The notes beneath the pieces are model-generated. The model saw only the letters and a program-made list of their open reading frames with translations, was not told the DNA's origin and searched no databases. Shown here one piece after another: positions 1-9,900 of a DNA stretch of 64,000 bases. Made by a program: the position numbers and the translations under genes. Source of the DNA: an uncultured bacterium. GTDB lineage: Bacteria > Planctomycetota > UBA1135 > GCA-002686595. Numbering within the stretch: the first letter of the stretch is position 1; each line of letters opens with the position of its first letter. The stretch covers positions 288,001 to 352,000 of the forward strand of contig CALSNU010000006.1 in NCBI GenBank assembly GCA_943787795.1. The letters are read 5' to 3'.

Positions 1-6
1 CTGTCT

Positions 7-1080
7 ATGAACGCCAAGATCGAACTCCCCTTCGAGACCCTCTCGTGGATCGGCAACCTGGACGGTCACGTCCAGATGCTCGAGCAGACCCGGCTCCCGC
101 TCGAGGAGGTGCAGCTCGAGGTCAGGACGGTCTCGGAGATGGTGGACGCCATCTACCGGCTCGCCGTTCGAGGGGCCCCTGCCATCGGCGTCGCCGCTGG
201 CTACGGGATGGTGCTGGGCATCCGCTCCGCTGGTCCGGGCGAGGTCCTCGAGGTCGCCCGCGCGACCAAGAGCACCCTCGACGCCTCGAGGCCGACCGCG
301 GTCAACCTCAGCTGGGCCACCGCTCGGATTCTCAGGCACCTCGAGGGCCTGGAGGGCGCCGATGACGCGGCCCTCAAGCAGGCCACGCTCGACGAGGCCC
401 GCGCCATCCAGGAGGGTGACGAGGACACCTGCCGGCGGATGGGCGAGCACGGCGCGACCCTGATCCAGGACGGCTGGACACTGCTCACCCACTGCAACGC
501 AGGGGCCCTCGCGACGGCCGGAATGGGGACGGCCCTCGCGCCGATCTACACCGCCCATGCGCAAGGCAAGCGGGTGGCCGTCTTTGCCGACGAGACGCGC
601 CCGCTCCTTCAAGGGGCGCGGATCACGTCCTGGGAGCTCATGAAGGCCGGGGTCGAGGTCCGGCTGATCACCGACGGCATGGCCGCGCGAGTGATGGGCG
701 AAGGGAAGATTGACGCGGTCTTCGTCGGCTCCGACCGGATCGCCCGCAACGGGGATGTGTGCAACAAGATCGGCACCTACGGGGTGGCGATCTCGGCCCA
801 CCACCACAACGTCCCCTTCCACGTGGTCGCGCCACTCTCCACCGTCGACCCCTCGCTCGCCAGCGGCGACCTGATTCCCATCGAGGAGCGGCCCGCCGAG
901 GAGATCACGGAGGGGTTCGGCAACCGCACCGCCCCAAGGGACGTCCAGGTCTACGCGCCCGCGTTCGACGTGACCCCGGCCGCGCTGGTGACCTCCATCA
1001 TCACCGAGGTCGGCATCGTCGAAGCACCGGACACCGCGAAGATGGAGCGCGCGCTCAGGGAGGGCGGCGTTTCCTTCTGA
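7..1080 (+). CDS. mtnA: S-methyl-5-thioribose-1-phosphate isomerase
   Basis: eIF2B-family/MtnA motifs [49 protein letters not shown]. Confidence 0.95.
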   Translation: MNAKIELPFETLSWIGNLDGHVQMLEQTRLPLEEVQLEVRTVSEMVDAIYRLAVRGAPAIGVAAGYGMVLGIRSAGPGEVLEVARATKSTLDASRPTAVNLSWATARILRHLEGLEGADDAALKQATLDEARAIQEGDEDTCRRMGEHGATLIQDGWTLLTHCNAGALATAGMGTALAPIYTAHAQGKRVAVFADETRPLLQGARITSWELMKAGVEVRLITDGMAARVMGEGKIDAVFVGSDRIARNGDVCNKIGTYGVAISAHHHNVPFHVVAPLSTVDPSLASGDLIPIEERPAEEITEGFGNRTAPRDVQVYAPAFDVTPAALVTSIITEVGIVEAPDTAKMERALREGGVSF

Positions 1081-1214
1081 GGCATCAGCAGGCCCGCAGC
1101 GAGAGCGACGCAGGCCCTGGACGCAGCCGCCTCACCCTCACGCCAGACCTCCTCAAGCGGACGGGCCGGGAAGTTCGAAAGGAGTCACGGGAGCGCCCGA
1201 GCAGCGGCGCCCGT

Positions 1215-1252
1215 CCCCGTGCCCTCGATCCAGCCCCGTGCCCTCGATCCAG
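1215..1252. repeat. 2 x 19-bp tandem duplication (ccccgtgccctcgatccag)
   Basis: Exact copies at 1215-1233 and 1234-1252, directly upstream of the small ORF. Confidence 0.9.
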
Positions 1253-1259
1253 CCCGCCT

Positions 1260-1469
1260 ATGAGCCCCAAGAAAGACGACCCCGCCGGCGACACGCCCAC
1301 CAAGGCCACGAAGCCCGCGACCAGCAAGCCGGATCAGATGGAGCCCGAGGTCCTGGAGTTCATCCAGGCCATCGACGACTACAAGCGCATCCACGGTCGC
1401 CCGTTTCCCTCCTGGACCGAGGTCCTCGAGATCATCCGGAACCTCGGCTACGAGCGCTCCGAAGCGTGA
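1260..1469 (+). CDS. Small hypothetical protein (69 aa), resembles a planctomycete-type small protein
   Basis: ATG at 1260 within track ORF 759..1469; GC3-rich codons; core [32 protein letters not shown]. Confidence 0.8.
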   Translation: MSPKKDDPAGDTPTKATKPATSKPDQMEPEVLEFIQAIDDYKRIHGRPFPSWTEVLEIIRNLGYERSEA

Positions 1470-1476
1470 GCGCCGC

Positions 1477-2730
1477 CTAGGCGTAGATCGGCCTGCGGGA
1501 GGTCAGCTCCGCCACCGCGCCCGCGACTCGCTTGATCGTCGCCTCATCCTCGGGTGCCCTCAGGATCTCCCCGATCCAGCCAGCGAGGTGACCCATGTCC
1601 GTCACATCAAGCCCCCGGGTGGTGATCGCGGCGGTCCCCAGCCGCACCCCGGAGGCCTCCATGGGAGGACGCTCGTCAAACGGGATGAGGTTCTTGTTGC
1701 AGGTGATGTCGACGCGGTGGAGCGCGTCCTCCGCCGCGGCACCGGAGAGCCCAACGCTGCCGACGTCCACGAGCATCACATGGTTATCGGTGCCCCCCGA
1801 GACGATCCGGATCCCCGCCTCCACGAGCCCGTCCGCGAGGGCCGAGGCGTTCGCCACCACCTGCGCGGCGTAGGCCTTGAAGGAGTCCTGCTGGGCCTCC
1901 CGGAAGGCGATGGCCTTGGCCGCGATCACGTGCATGAGCGGCCCCCCCTGCCCGCCAGGGAAGAGCGCGCTGTTGATCTTCACGATGCGCTCCTTGGGGC
2001 ACAGGATCATGCCCCCGCGCGGCCCGCGCAGCGTTTTGTGGGTGGTGAGGGTGACCACGTCCGCGTGGGGGACGGGGCTCGCGTGCGCGCCCCCCGCCAC
2101 GAGCCCGGCGATGTGCGCCATGTCCACCATGAACAGCGCGTCCACCTCGCGGGCGATGTCGGCGAAGGCGGCGAAGTCGATGGGGCGCGAGTACGCCGAC
2201 GCGCCGGCGATGACGAGCTTCGGCCGGAGCGCGAGCGCCTGCTCCCGAATCTTGTCCAGGTCGAGCCGCTCGGTGTCCGGCTCCACCCCGTAGCTGTGGA
2301 AGTCGTAGAAGACGCCGCTGAAGTTCTTGGTGTGCCCGTGCGAGAGGTGCCCGCCGTGATCCAGTGACATGGCGAGGACCTTGTCACCAGGGTCCAGCAT
2401 GGACATGAACGCCGCCATGTTGGCCTGGGTGCCGCTGTGTGGCTGCACGTTGGCGCGCTCCGAGCCGAAGAGTTCTCGGGCACGGTTGCGGGCCAGGTCC
2501 TCGACCTCGTCGACAAACTCGCAGCCGCCGTAGTAACGCCGGCCGGGATAGCCCTCCGCGTACTTGTTGGTCAGCGCGGTCCCCATGGCGGCCATCACCT
2601 CCTCCGAGGCGTGGTTCTCGGAGGCGATCAGCTCCAGCTGCTGCTCCTGACGATCTTCCTCCCGGGCGATGGAGGCCCACACGGCGTCGTCGGTCTTCGT
2701 GGTGTTCGGGGCGGGGCTTTGGAGAGTCAT
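1477..2730 (-). CDS. glyA: Serine hydroxymethyltransferase
   Basis: LELIASEN, NKYAEGYPGRRYYGGC, PLP lysine motif TTHKTLRGPRGG, FPGGQGGP; start placed at ATG 2730 (MTLQSP). Confidence 0.97.
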   Translation of the reverse strand: MTLQSPAPNTTKTDDAVWASIAREEDRQEQQLELIASENHASEEVMAAMGTALTNKYAEGYPGRRYYGGCEFVDEVEDLARNRARELFGSERANVQPHSGTQANMAAFMSMLDPGDKVLAMSLDHGGHLSHGHTKNFSGVFYDFHSYGVEPDTERLDLDKIREQALALRPKLVIAGASAYSRPIDFAAFADIAREVDALFMVDMAHIAGLVAGGAHASPVPHADVVTLTTHKTLRGPRGGMILCPKERIVKINSALFPGGQGGPLMHVIAAKAIAFREAQQDSFKAYAAQVVANASALADGLVEAGIRIVSGGTDNHVMLVDVGSVGLSGAAAEDALHRVDITCNKNLIPFDERPPMEASGVRLGTAAITTRGLDVTDMGHLAGWIGEILRAPEDEATIKRVAGAVAELTSRRPIYA

Positions 2731-2838
2731 CGGCGCAGGAGTGGGTTGAGGGCGAGCGCGCAGCATAGGCCCGGCTGGCAGGCGATTCCTCCCCGATCTC
2801 GGCGATGCGACCGACACGGGGCGTGCATCCTCAAATTG

Positions 2839-2877
2839 CGCAGGGCGCTCGGTCGCAGGGCGACCGAGCGCCCTGCG
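2839..2877. terminator. Perfect 18-bp stem hairpin, probable terminator of the MORN-repeat gene
   Basis: cgcagggcgctcggtcgc-agg-gcgaccgagcgccctgcg, about 27 bp past the stop at 2904; only a weak U-tract on the minus strand. Confidence 0.55.
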
Positions 2878-2903
2878 TGAGCACCGAGGGCCGCGCAGCG
2901 ACC

Positions 2904-4193
2904 TCAGCCGCCGAGGGGTTCTCCCTGCGCGTCGTACTCGTCCAGGGGATCCACCACGGCCACCCCGTCCTGGGCCGCGGGCTGCGGCGCGGTGTCAGCC
3001 GCCCAGGCCGCGGCCTGAGCCACGCCCGCCTCATCCAAGCCGTTGGCCCTGCGGTCCGCTGTGTAAACACCCGAGAGGTCGGCCACCAGCTGCCCCGCTT
3101 GGTCCCAGAAGGCCCAAGGGCCCTCCCGGAGGCCGTTCATGGAGACGCCGATTTGCTTGCGCCGGCCATTCGGCCACCACTCCTGCTGCAGACCGTTGGA
3201 GACCTGGCCCTCAACCACGCTGATCACCTTCGGTGATCCGTCCTCGAACCACTGCCGCAGGACTCCCGTGCGCTGGCCAGACTCGTGAGAGACCATCATG
3301 AACAGCTGGCCGTTGGGGTGCCACTCGCGGACCACCCCAGTGACCTTGCCCGCCTCCCAGCTCGTGATCAGATGGCGGCTCCCATCGTTGTGCCAGTGCC
3401 GCCCCTCCCCGACCTGGGCGCCGTTCTCCCAGATCTTCTCGTACATAGGCTGCCCGCTGGGCCACCAAGCACGCTCCGTGCCGTGTTGCTTACCCGCCAC
3501 GAAGGGAAGGACATGGGCATCGGAGCCATCCTCGTGCCACCCCGTCATGGAGAGGACCTCGCCGTCGTCTGAGTGCTCCCCCGATCGAAGCAGCTGACCG
3601 CTCGGGCTGAACCCCTGATGGAGCCCAACCGGCTTGCCGCCGACGTATTCGCCCGTGACATAGACCTCACCGTTTGCATGCCAGCGCACGTGGAGGCCGA
3701 CCGCCTCACCGTCCACGAACGAACCCTTGAAGGACTCCTTGCCGCCCTCGTGCCACTCCGCCCAGTCTCCGACCTTTTCGCCGCCCTGGTACTGGCCCTG
3801 CAGCTTCTTGTCGCCGTTGGGGAACCAGGCCTGGGTCGGGCCGGTCAGCGCGCCGTCTGAGTACTGGTACCGGGCGGCCTCGAGGTCGTTGTTGTGGTAC
3901 TCGACCCACTCCCCGATCTCCCGGCCCTGGGCGTCGTACTGGCCCTTCTTCTGGACCTTCCCGGAGGCGTCCCACCAGGTCCGCGGCCCCACAAACTGGC
4001 CGTAGAGGGTGGTGCCTTCGGATTTCTTGGCCCGCTTCAGCTGCGGATTGTGCCACTCGACCACGACGGTGGCCTCGGAAGTGCTGACCTCCTCACCCCC
4101 TGAACAGGCGCCCAGGAGGGCCCCCGTGAGGGCAATGCCGGCCCATACGCCGGTGCGGAGGGGTGAGATCGAGGCGAGTGCGGAACGCTTCAT
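2904..4193 (-). CDS. MORN-variant repeat (YwqK-like) lipoprotein
   Basis: Lipobox LLGAC; many ~24-aa repeats of the type W(H/F)xNG...GxYxxGxxxG. Confidence 0.85.
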   Translation of the reverse strand: MKRSALASISPLRTGVWAGIALTGALLGACSGGEEVSTSEATVVVEWHNPQLKRAKKSEGTTLYGQFVGPRTWWDASGKVQKKGQYDAQGREIGEWVEYHNNDLEAARYQYSDGALTGPTQAWFPNGDKKLQGQYQGGEKVGDWAEWHEGGKESFKGSFVDGEAVGLHVRWHANGEVYVTGEYVGGKPVGLHQGFSPSGQLLRSGEHSDDGEVLSMTGWHEDGSDAHVLPFVAGKQHGTERAWWPSGQPMYEKIWENGAQVGEGRHWHNDGSRHLITSWEAGKVTGVVREWHPNGQLFMMVSHESGQRTGVLRQWFEDGSPKVISVVEGQVSNGLQQEWWPNGRRKQIGVSMNGLREGPWAFWDQAGQLVADLSGVYTADRRANGLDEAGVAQAAAWAADTAPQPAAQDGVAVVDPLDEYDAQGEPLGG

Positions 4194-4450
4194 GCCCGAA
4201 TTCTAGCCCGCCGGAGGGCTCGTCAGAAGCAGTTGCCCCCAGTGTCCCGACATCGACCAGGATCCGGCGCCCGACGCTTCGCCACCAATACCCCTCGCCT
4301 CCCTGAGCTCGCCCGGCCGAAGTCGCCATGCAGCCGCAGAGACCACTCCGCCTCAGTGGCCCTCCCGCCGCTGGGGGCCGCCGGCTGCTTCGTGCTCACC
4401 CGGAAGGGTCCATCGCGTACGGAGCCGGTGGGGCTATGCTCCCACGAGTC

Positions 4451-6028
4451 ATGATCCAGCCCCAAACCCAAGGTCAAATGGCCCCTGACGCCCACCCTTC
4501 ACGCACCCCGTCGATCACCACCGCGGCCGTCCTCCTCGGGCTCCTTGGCCTCGCCAGCTGCGGCGAGCCCCAGCCGGCGCCGCGTCCCAACGTGATCCTG
4601 ATCACCCTCGACACGGTCCGGGCGGACTTCCTGTCGTGCTACGGGTCCACCAGCGGGGCGACGCCGGCGGTCGACCAGCTCGCCGCGGCGGGGACGCTCT
4701 TCGAGGACGCTGCCAGCTCTTCGGGGCTCACCCCGGCGTCACACGCCACGATCCTCACCGGCAACTTTCAGTACAACCATGGCCTCAGGGTCCTCGCGGC
4801 GGAGAGCGGGTTCAAGCTCGACCCCGACAACGAGACCCTGACCACGGCCTTCAAGGCCGCCGGCTACCGGACGGCCGCGATCCACAGCGCGTTCCCGGTC
4901 TCGGCCTTCTTCGGCTTCGACGAGGGCTTCGACGAGTTCGAGTCCTTTGACGCGACCCTCAAGAAGAAGAAGAACGACACCAAGGTGGGCTGGGACGTTC
5001 GGAGCTATCAACGGCGATCCGACGAGACGACCCGCATGGCCACGGAGTGGCTGAAGGGGGCCGCCGGAGGCGACCAGCCGTTCTTCCTATGGCTCCACTA
5101 CTGGGACCCCCATGACCCGGTGAAGCTCCCCGACGCGGAGGACTTCGAGCGGCTCCGCTATGACCCAGGTACGGGCGAGCTTCAGGACCAGCAAACCCTG
5201 GAGTACGCCGTGGAGGTTCGTTATCAGGACGGGAACCTCAAGACGCTGCTGGACGTCATCGACGAGACCGGCCTCGCGGACGACACCCTCGTCGCCCTGA
5301 CCGCCGATCACGGCCAGGGGCTCACCGATGGCATGCGCAAGCATCGCTGGGGCATGCACCGCATGCTGTACCGCGAGCAGACGCACGTCCCTTTCATTGT
5401 CCGCGGCCCGGGCGTTCCGGCAGGCGCAAGAGTTGCGGACCAGGTCAGGACCGCGGACCTGGCTCCGACGCTGCTCGACTACGCCGGCCTGAGCCCGTTC
5501 ACCGATCCGGTGGACGGCGTCAGCCTCCGGCCCTGGATCGAGGGCGAAGGCGCAGGCGACCTCACCGCCTATGGGGAGCAGATCAACGGCTACGACCACA
5601 ACGCAGGGATGCGCAAGTTCCGCCCCGACGCCGCGTTCCTCTATATGGTCTCCGACGGGGAGTGGAAGCTCATCTACAAGCCCCACATGCCGTCCGCCAG
5701 CGAGCTGTTCCACGTGGGCATCGACCCCCTCGAGGAACGCAACGTGATCGCCACCAACCCCGAGATCGTGAAGGTCCTGCTCGCGGATCTTGCGGAGCGA
5801 AACCCATGGGTGACCGCGCCGTTCCCTGTCACGGCCACCGGCGCCGGCGGGGCCATCGCAGGCCCGGACCTGAGCGTGCTCGGATACTCCGCCGCGGAGG
5901 TGGAGGGCAGCGGTGACTGGTGGTGGACCTGCCCTGAGCACACCGACGTCCACGCAGAGCGCAGGGGCCGCTGCGAGGTCGACGGCTGCGAGCGAATCAT
6001 GATCTCCATGGGTCGCTGGTCGGATTAG
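4451..6028 (+). CDS. Sulfatase-like (alkaline phosphatase superfamily) lipoprotein
   Basis: Lipobox LASC; PNVILITLDTVRAD, TPASHATILTG, FFLWLHYWDPHDP, TADHG, HVPFIVRGP, DLAPTLL; start uncertain (4451 or 4478). Confidence 0.88.
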   Translation: MIQPQTQGQMAPDAHPSRTPSITTAAVLLGLLGLASCGEPQPAPRPNVILITLDTVRADFLSCYGSTSGATPAVDQLAAAGTLFEDAASSSGLTPASHATILTGNFQYNHGLRVLAAESGFKLDPDNETLTTAFKAAGYRTAAIHSAFPVSAFFGFDEGFDEFESFDATLKKKKNDTKVGWDVRSYQRRSDETTRMATEWLKGAAGGDQPFFLWLHYWDPHDPVKLPDAEDFERLRYDPGTGELQDQQTLEYAVEVRYQDGNLKTLLDVIDETGLADDTLVALTADHGQGLTDGMRKHRWGMHRMLYREQTHVPFIVRGPGVPAGARVADQVRTADLAPTLLDYAGLSPFTDPVDGVSLRPWIEGEGAGDLTAYGEQINGYDHNAGMRKFRPDAAFLYMVSDGEWKLIYKPHMPSASELFHVGIDPLEERNVIATNPEIVKVLLADLAERNPWVTAPFPVTATGAGGAIAGPDLSVLGYSAAEVEGSGDWWWTCPEHTDVHAERRGRCEVDGCERIMISMGRWSD

Positions 6029-6119
6029 CCCCCAGGAGATCCAAGGCGCCAGCCGCTTCGTCGCCCTCCCTCGCTTCAGCCCGCCCTCACCAACCAACAC
6101 GCCGCCTCCCACGCACGCC

Positions 6120-6983
6120 ATGAAGCCCCTGCTCAAGTTCCTCCTCAAGCCCCTCGTCATCGTGGGCCTCGGGGTGATCGCCCTGATCGCTGCCGGTATC
6201 GTCACCGTCCCACCCGCAGCCAAGGCAGCGGTCGAGAAGGGCTCAGCGTTCGCCTTCGGCGTCCCTGCCACCCTGGGGTCCATCAAGGCCTCACCCGGCC
6301 TGACCACGACGACGCTCGGCTTCTCCGACTACGAGATCCAGAGCCCGGAGGGCTTCGAGGCGCCGCTGCTCACGTTCGGACGCTTCGAGGTCGGCGTCGG
6401 GACACGCTCCCTGGTCGGCCCGGTCAAGGACCTGGGCGTCCTCGAGATCCAGGACGTCGAGCTGACGATCCTCCAGAACGGACTACGGAGCAACCTCGCC
6501 CCCGTGATCGAGCAGGTCCGCAGCCTCGCGCAGAGGTCCAACGAGGCCGCGCAAAGCAAAGGCGCGTCGGATTCAACGGCCGAGGCTGAGGTGGCCGGAG
6601 GCCCCGGGCCGCGCATCCGCGTGGGACGGGTCAAGATCAGCGGGATTCGAGCGCGCCTCAAGGTGGACGGGATTCCAGGGGTGAAGCCGGTGGACGAAGC
6701 CGTGGAGCTCCCGGCGCTCGAGCGCGACTGGACCGACGCGTCGGGTGAGGACGGGTTCACGGTGGCCGACCTGGGAGCGCGCCTCCTGGAGGACATCGAG
6801 ATCAGCGCCCTCGACGGCCTACGGGGCCAGGTCCCCGATGAGGTCATCGAGCTCGTGGAGAAGGGCCTCCAGGGTGGCATGGACCAGATCTTGGACCAGG
6901 CGACAAAGTCCCTGGAAGGGGAGCTTGGAGAGCAGGCTGGCGAGCTACTCGATCTGGGCAAGGGCCTGCTCGGCGGGCGCTAG
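6120..6983 (+). CDS. AsmA-like hypothetical protein with N-terminal membrane anchor
   Basis: N-terminal TM followed by a beta-rich pattern (GVPATLGSI...PEGFEAP...SNL) typical of AsmA/DUF748-like proteins. Confidence 0.65.
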   Translation: MKPLLKFLLKPLVIVGLGVIALIAAGIVTVPPAAKAAVEKGSAFAFGVPATLGSIKASPGLTTTTLGFSDYEIQSPEGFEAPLLTFGRFEVGVGTRSLVGPVKDLGVLEIQDVELTILQNGLRSNLAPVIEQVRSLAQRSNEAAQSKGASDSTAEAEVAGGPGPRIRVGRVKISGIRARLKVDGIPGVKPVDEAVELPALERDWTDASGEDGFTVADLGARLLEDIEISALDGLRGQVPDEVIELVEKGLQGGMDQILDQATKSLEGELGEQAGELLDLGKGLLGGR

Positions 6984-9900
6984 ACCGCGCCCGGTAGCGG
7001 CGCCGGCTCAGGATCACCATCAGCGCCGTAGTCGCCAAGCAACCAAACCTGCCGCCGGTAGTTCCGGATGTCCAGCAGGGTCAACGACTGCGTGGCACGC
7101 AGCGCGACCACCTGCTCGGTCGTGCGCGATGGGTGCCGGAGCGCCGACGCGAGCCGCTCCTCGGCCGCCAGGCGATCGGGGCTCCCGGTCCCCGAGAGCG
7201 CGCTCACAAGGCAAGCTCGGGCCCCGTCGACGTCCGCCGCCACCACCCGCCACGCCGTCCGGCGAAGCCGTCTCCGCGCCTGACGTCGCCGCCAAGCGAG
7301 GTCCGAGGCCTCCGGCGACGCCCCGTCAGCCGGTGAGCGGTCCAGCCGCTCCCCGGGGCCCTGGGGCAGCGCGCCCCCCGCCAGCGCAGCCCTCGTCACA
7401 CGCTGCTCTCCCCCGCTCGTCCACCAGCGCCGGAACGCCAGCCGGAGTCGGAGGCGAGGTCGAGCCGAGGGACGCTTGGCCCCGTGCAGCAGCGCGTCCA
7501 CCACCGTGTCCACCAGCACCTCCTCTCCGAACAGCGCGGAGCGAACTCCATCCGCATCCGAGAGCACGTACAGGTAGAGGCACCGCAGGCTCTCGGCGTC
7601 CACCGTGGGATCCACCCCCAGCCGCGCAGCGAGCCTGTCCTTGAGCCCACCAAGCAGCGACGCCGCGAGACGGGCGACGTCCCGGCCGGCCCGTCGGCGC
7701 AGGCTCCGCAGCAGCCGAATCGACGTCGGGTCGGCCCCCAGGAACCGGGCGTCGGCGAGCGCCGCGGAGGGCTGCGCGCGCCAGGGAACGCCCGCCCCCG
7801 CCAGGCCCGCGCTCGATTCCGCTGCGCCCATGGAATCCGACGATGCTGCCGGGAGCGTCACCCCGTGGTACTCCGGGTCGAGGATCGCCCGCAGCTCCAT
7901 CGCTGCAACGGCCGCGGGGCCCCGCATACGCTGGATTTTCCGCGCTGCCACGTCGAAGCCAGCCTCGTGATCGGGGCCAGACTCAAGGGCCACGCCTGGA
8001 CGGCGGATCACTCGCACGGCCTTGATCAGGCGCCCGAAGCCTGCAGCGAGGAGCCGCGACATGACCAGCCCGAGGCGCAGAGGGAGCACCACGACCCTCC
8101 CACCCTGCAGCCAGTCCTCGTAGAGGCTGCGGAGGTTCAGGACCCGGGACTCCAGCGGCAGCAGATGAAGGGGGTAGGTCCCGAACACAGAGCGCACGAG
8201 CGCCCTGCGATCGCGCCGCATCTTGTCGGCAACCGCCGTGCCGAAGCGCCGCTCGATCTCCCCGTCACGGCCAGCGTGAGCGTCCAGGAAATGCAGCACG
8301 GTGAAGGCCGTCGTCAGCTCCCCCGCACGAAGCTCCAGCCGGCGCTTTCCGCCTCCCTCGTCTCCGTCGCCTCCGCCGTGGAGCGCGTCGCCATCGGCGC
8401 CTCCTCGCCCCTCTGCCTCATCCCCCTGGGCCGCGCCGTCAAGCCATCGGCGGTGCGCGGCTCGCTCCCCTTCGCTGGCCCGCTCCAGGTCAGACTCAGG
8501 AATCGCGTGAGCGTTGTACTCGACGATCAAGCGCGCCGCGCGAGTCTCCAGTGACCGGCTGATGGCATGGAACCAGAGGTAGGGACCCCGAACCAACGTC
8601 CGTCGGCGCTCGAGGTCAAGGCTCTGCATCCATCGCAGGCGGGAGGCCGTGACGCGGCCAGAGGCGCCCGCGAACCGGCGCACGGCGAGGTTCCCGAGGA
8701 GCTGGCTGGTCGCCCGGGTATCGGTGTGGGCGAGCAACGCCCCATCCAGCTGATCCCGATAGAGGAGCAGGGCGCGAGCCACGTGATCGAAGCCATCCCC
8801 GCCCGAGCGGAGCGGTTCCCCGCTCTGGAGAAACTCCTTCAACCCGGAGTGAAACCGCCGCCCGTCCGCCTCAACCAGCGCGTCGCTCTCACCCCGAAGC
8901 GCACGCTCGGGCCGAAAGACCCGATCCCGAAGGAAGCTGGCGTCCTCGTCATGGCGCCGGGCCTTGAGGCTGTCCATCAGGTAGAGGAACTGCGCTCGTG
9001 CCACCTTCTCGTGAAAGGTCGTCGTGTCCCGCGCCATTCTCTGGAGCCATGACCCGATCGCGAGGAGCACGAGGCAGCTGCCCCCGAGCACATAGAAAGC
9101 GGTCCCGACCACCCCGGAGATGAGGCGAATTACCGCGAAGCTCTTCAGCTCAGCGTCGCCTTCGGGGTCCAGCGCCATGAGCGCCAGCTGCACGCCGAGG
9201 AAGGGGATCCCGAACAGCAGGAGGCGGACGGCGGGGCGTGAGGTGCGCGCCACGAGGGCAGACCCGATCCGCCCGACCACCTCACCTGGCGTGAGGGTGC
9301 CGTGGAGGTCGGCCCACCACAGGACCCGGCGGAGCGCTCGATGGAGCCCCGCCGCCAGGACGTGCACACTGCGGGAGACATGCTCGGCCGCTGCGGCGCC
9401 GAGCGCGTCGGGGGCCGCCCAGGAGCCGAGCCCCGGCAGCCACCTGAGGGGCGACAGGGCCACCAATCGGGCCGCCCGCGCGAGCCGCTCCACCGTGCTC
9501 GAACCGAGCTGCTCCACCAGCTCCTCCCCGCTGACCTCGGACAGCTGACGCAGGAGATCTTCCGCCAGCGGGAGTCGGTGACGACGGCGTCCCGGGTCCC
9601 CTGACGGGGCCGCCGCGGTGCGCTCGAGTGCTCCCTCAAGGACCTCAGCCCTCGCCGCCTCGAGCACCTCTCGTGCCGCAAGGTCTCCGGACGTATGGGC
9701 CTCGTGAAACCACGCGTCCAGCGAGCGTCGCAGGGATGAGAGCCCGCGGCGCAGCGCGGCGTCGCGACGCCAGACCTCGCGCTGCTCTGCCGGCGTCGGA
9801 AAGAGGATGACCTCCATCTCCAGCGCCGCGGCATGGCGTCGAACCACGCGGTCCAAACCACGGAGGAGGAACCCGAGCGCCCGCACGAACCAGATGACGG

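Noticed and set aside
2731..2903. ZTP or glycine riboswitch upstream of glyA
   Set aside because: I could not find the conserved aptamer motifs on the minus strand; only a terminator-like perfect hairpin is present
2904..4193. Toxin-antitoxin system implied by YwqK-like repeats
   Set aside because: No adjacent toxin gene; MORN-variant lipoproteins are common stand-alone proteins
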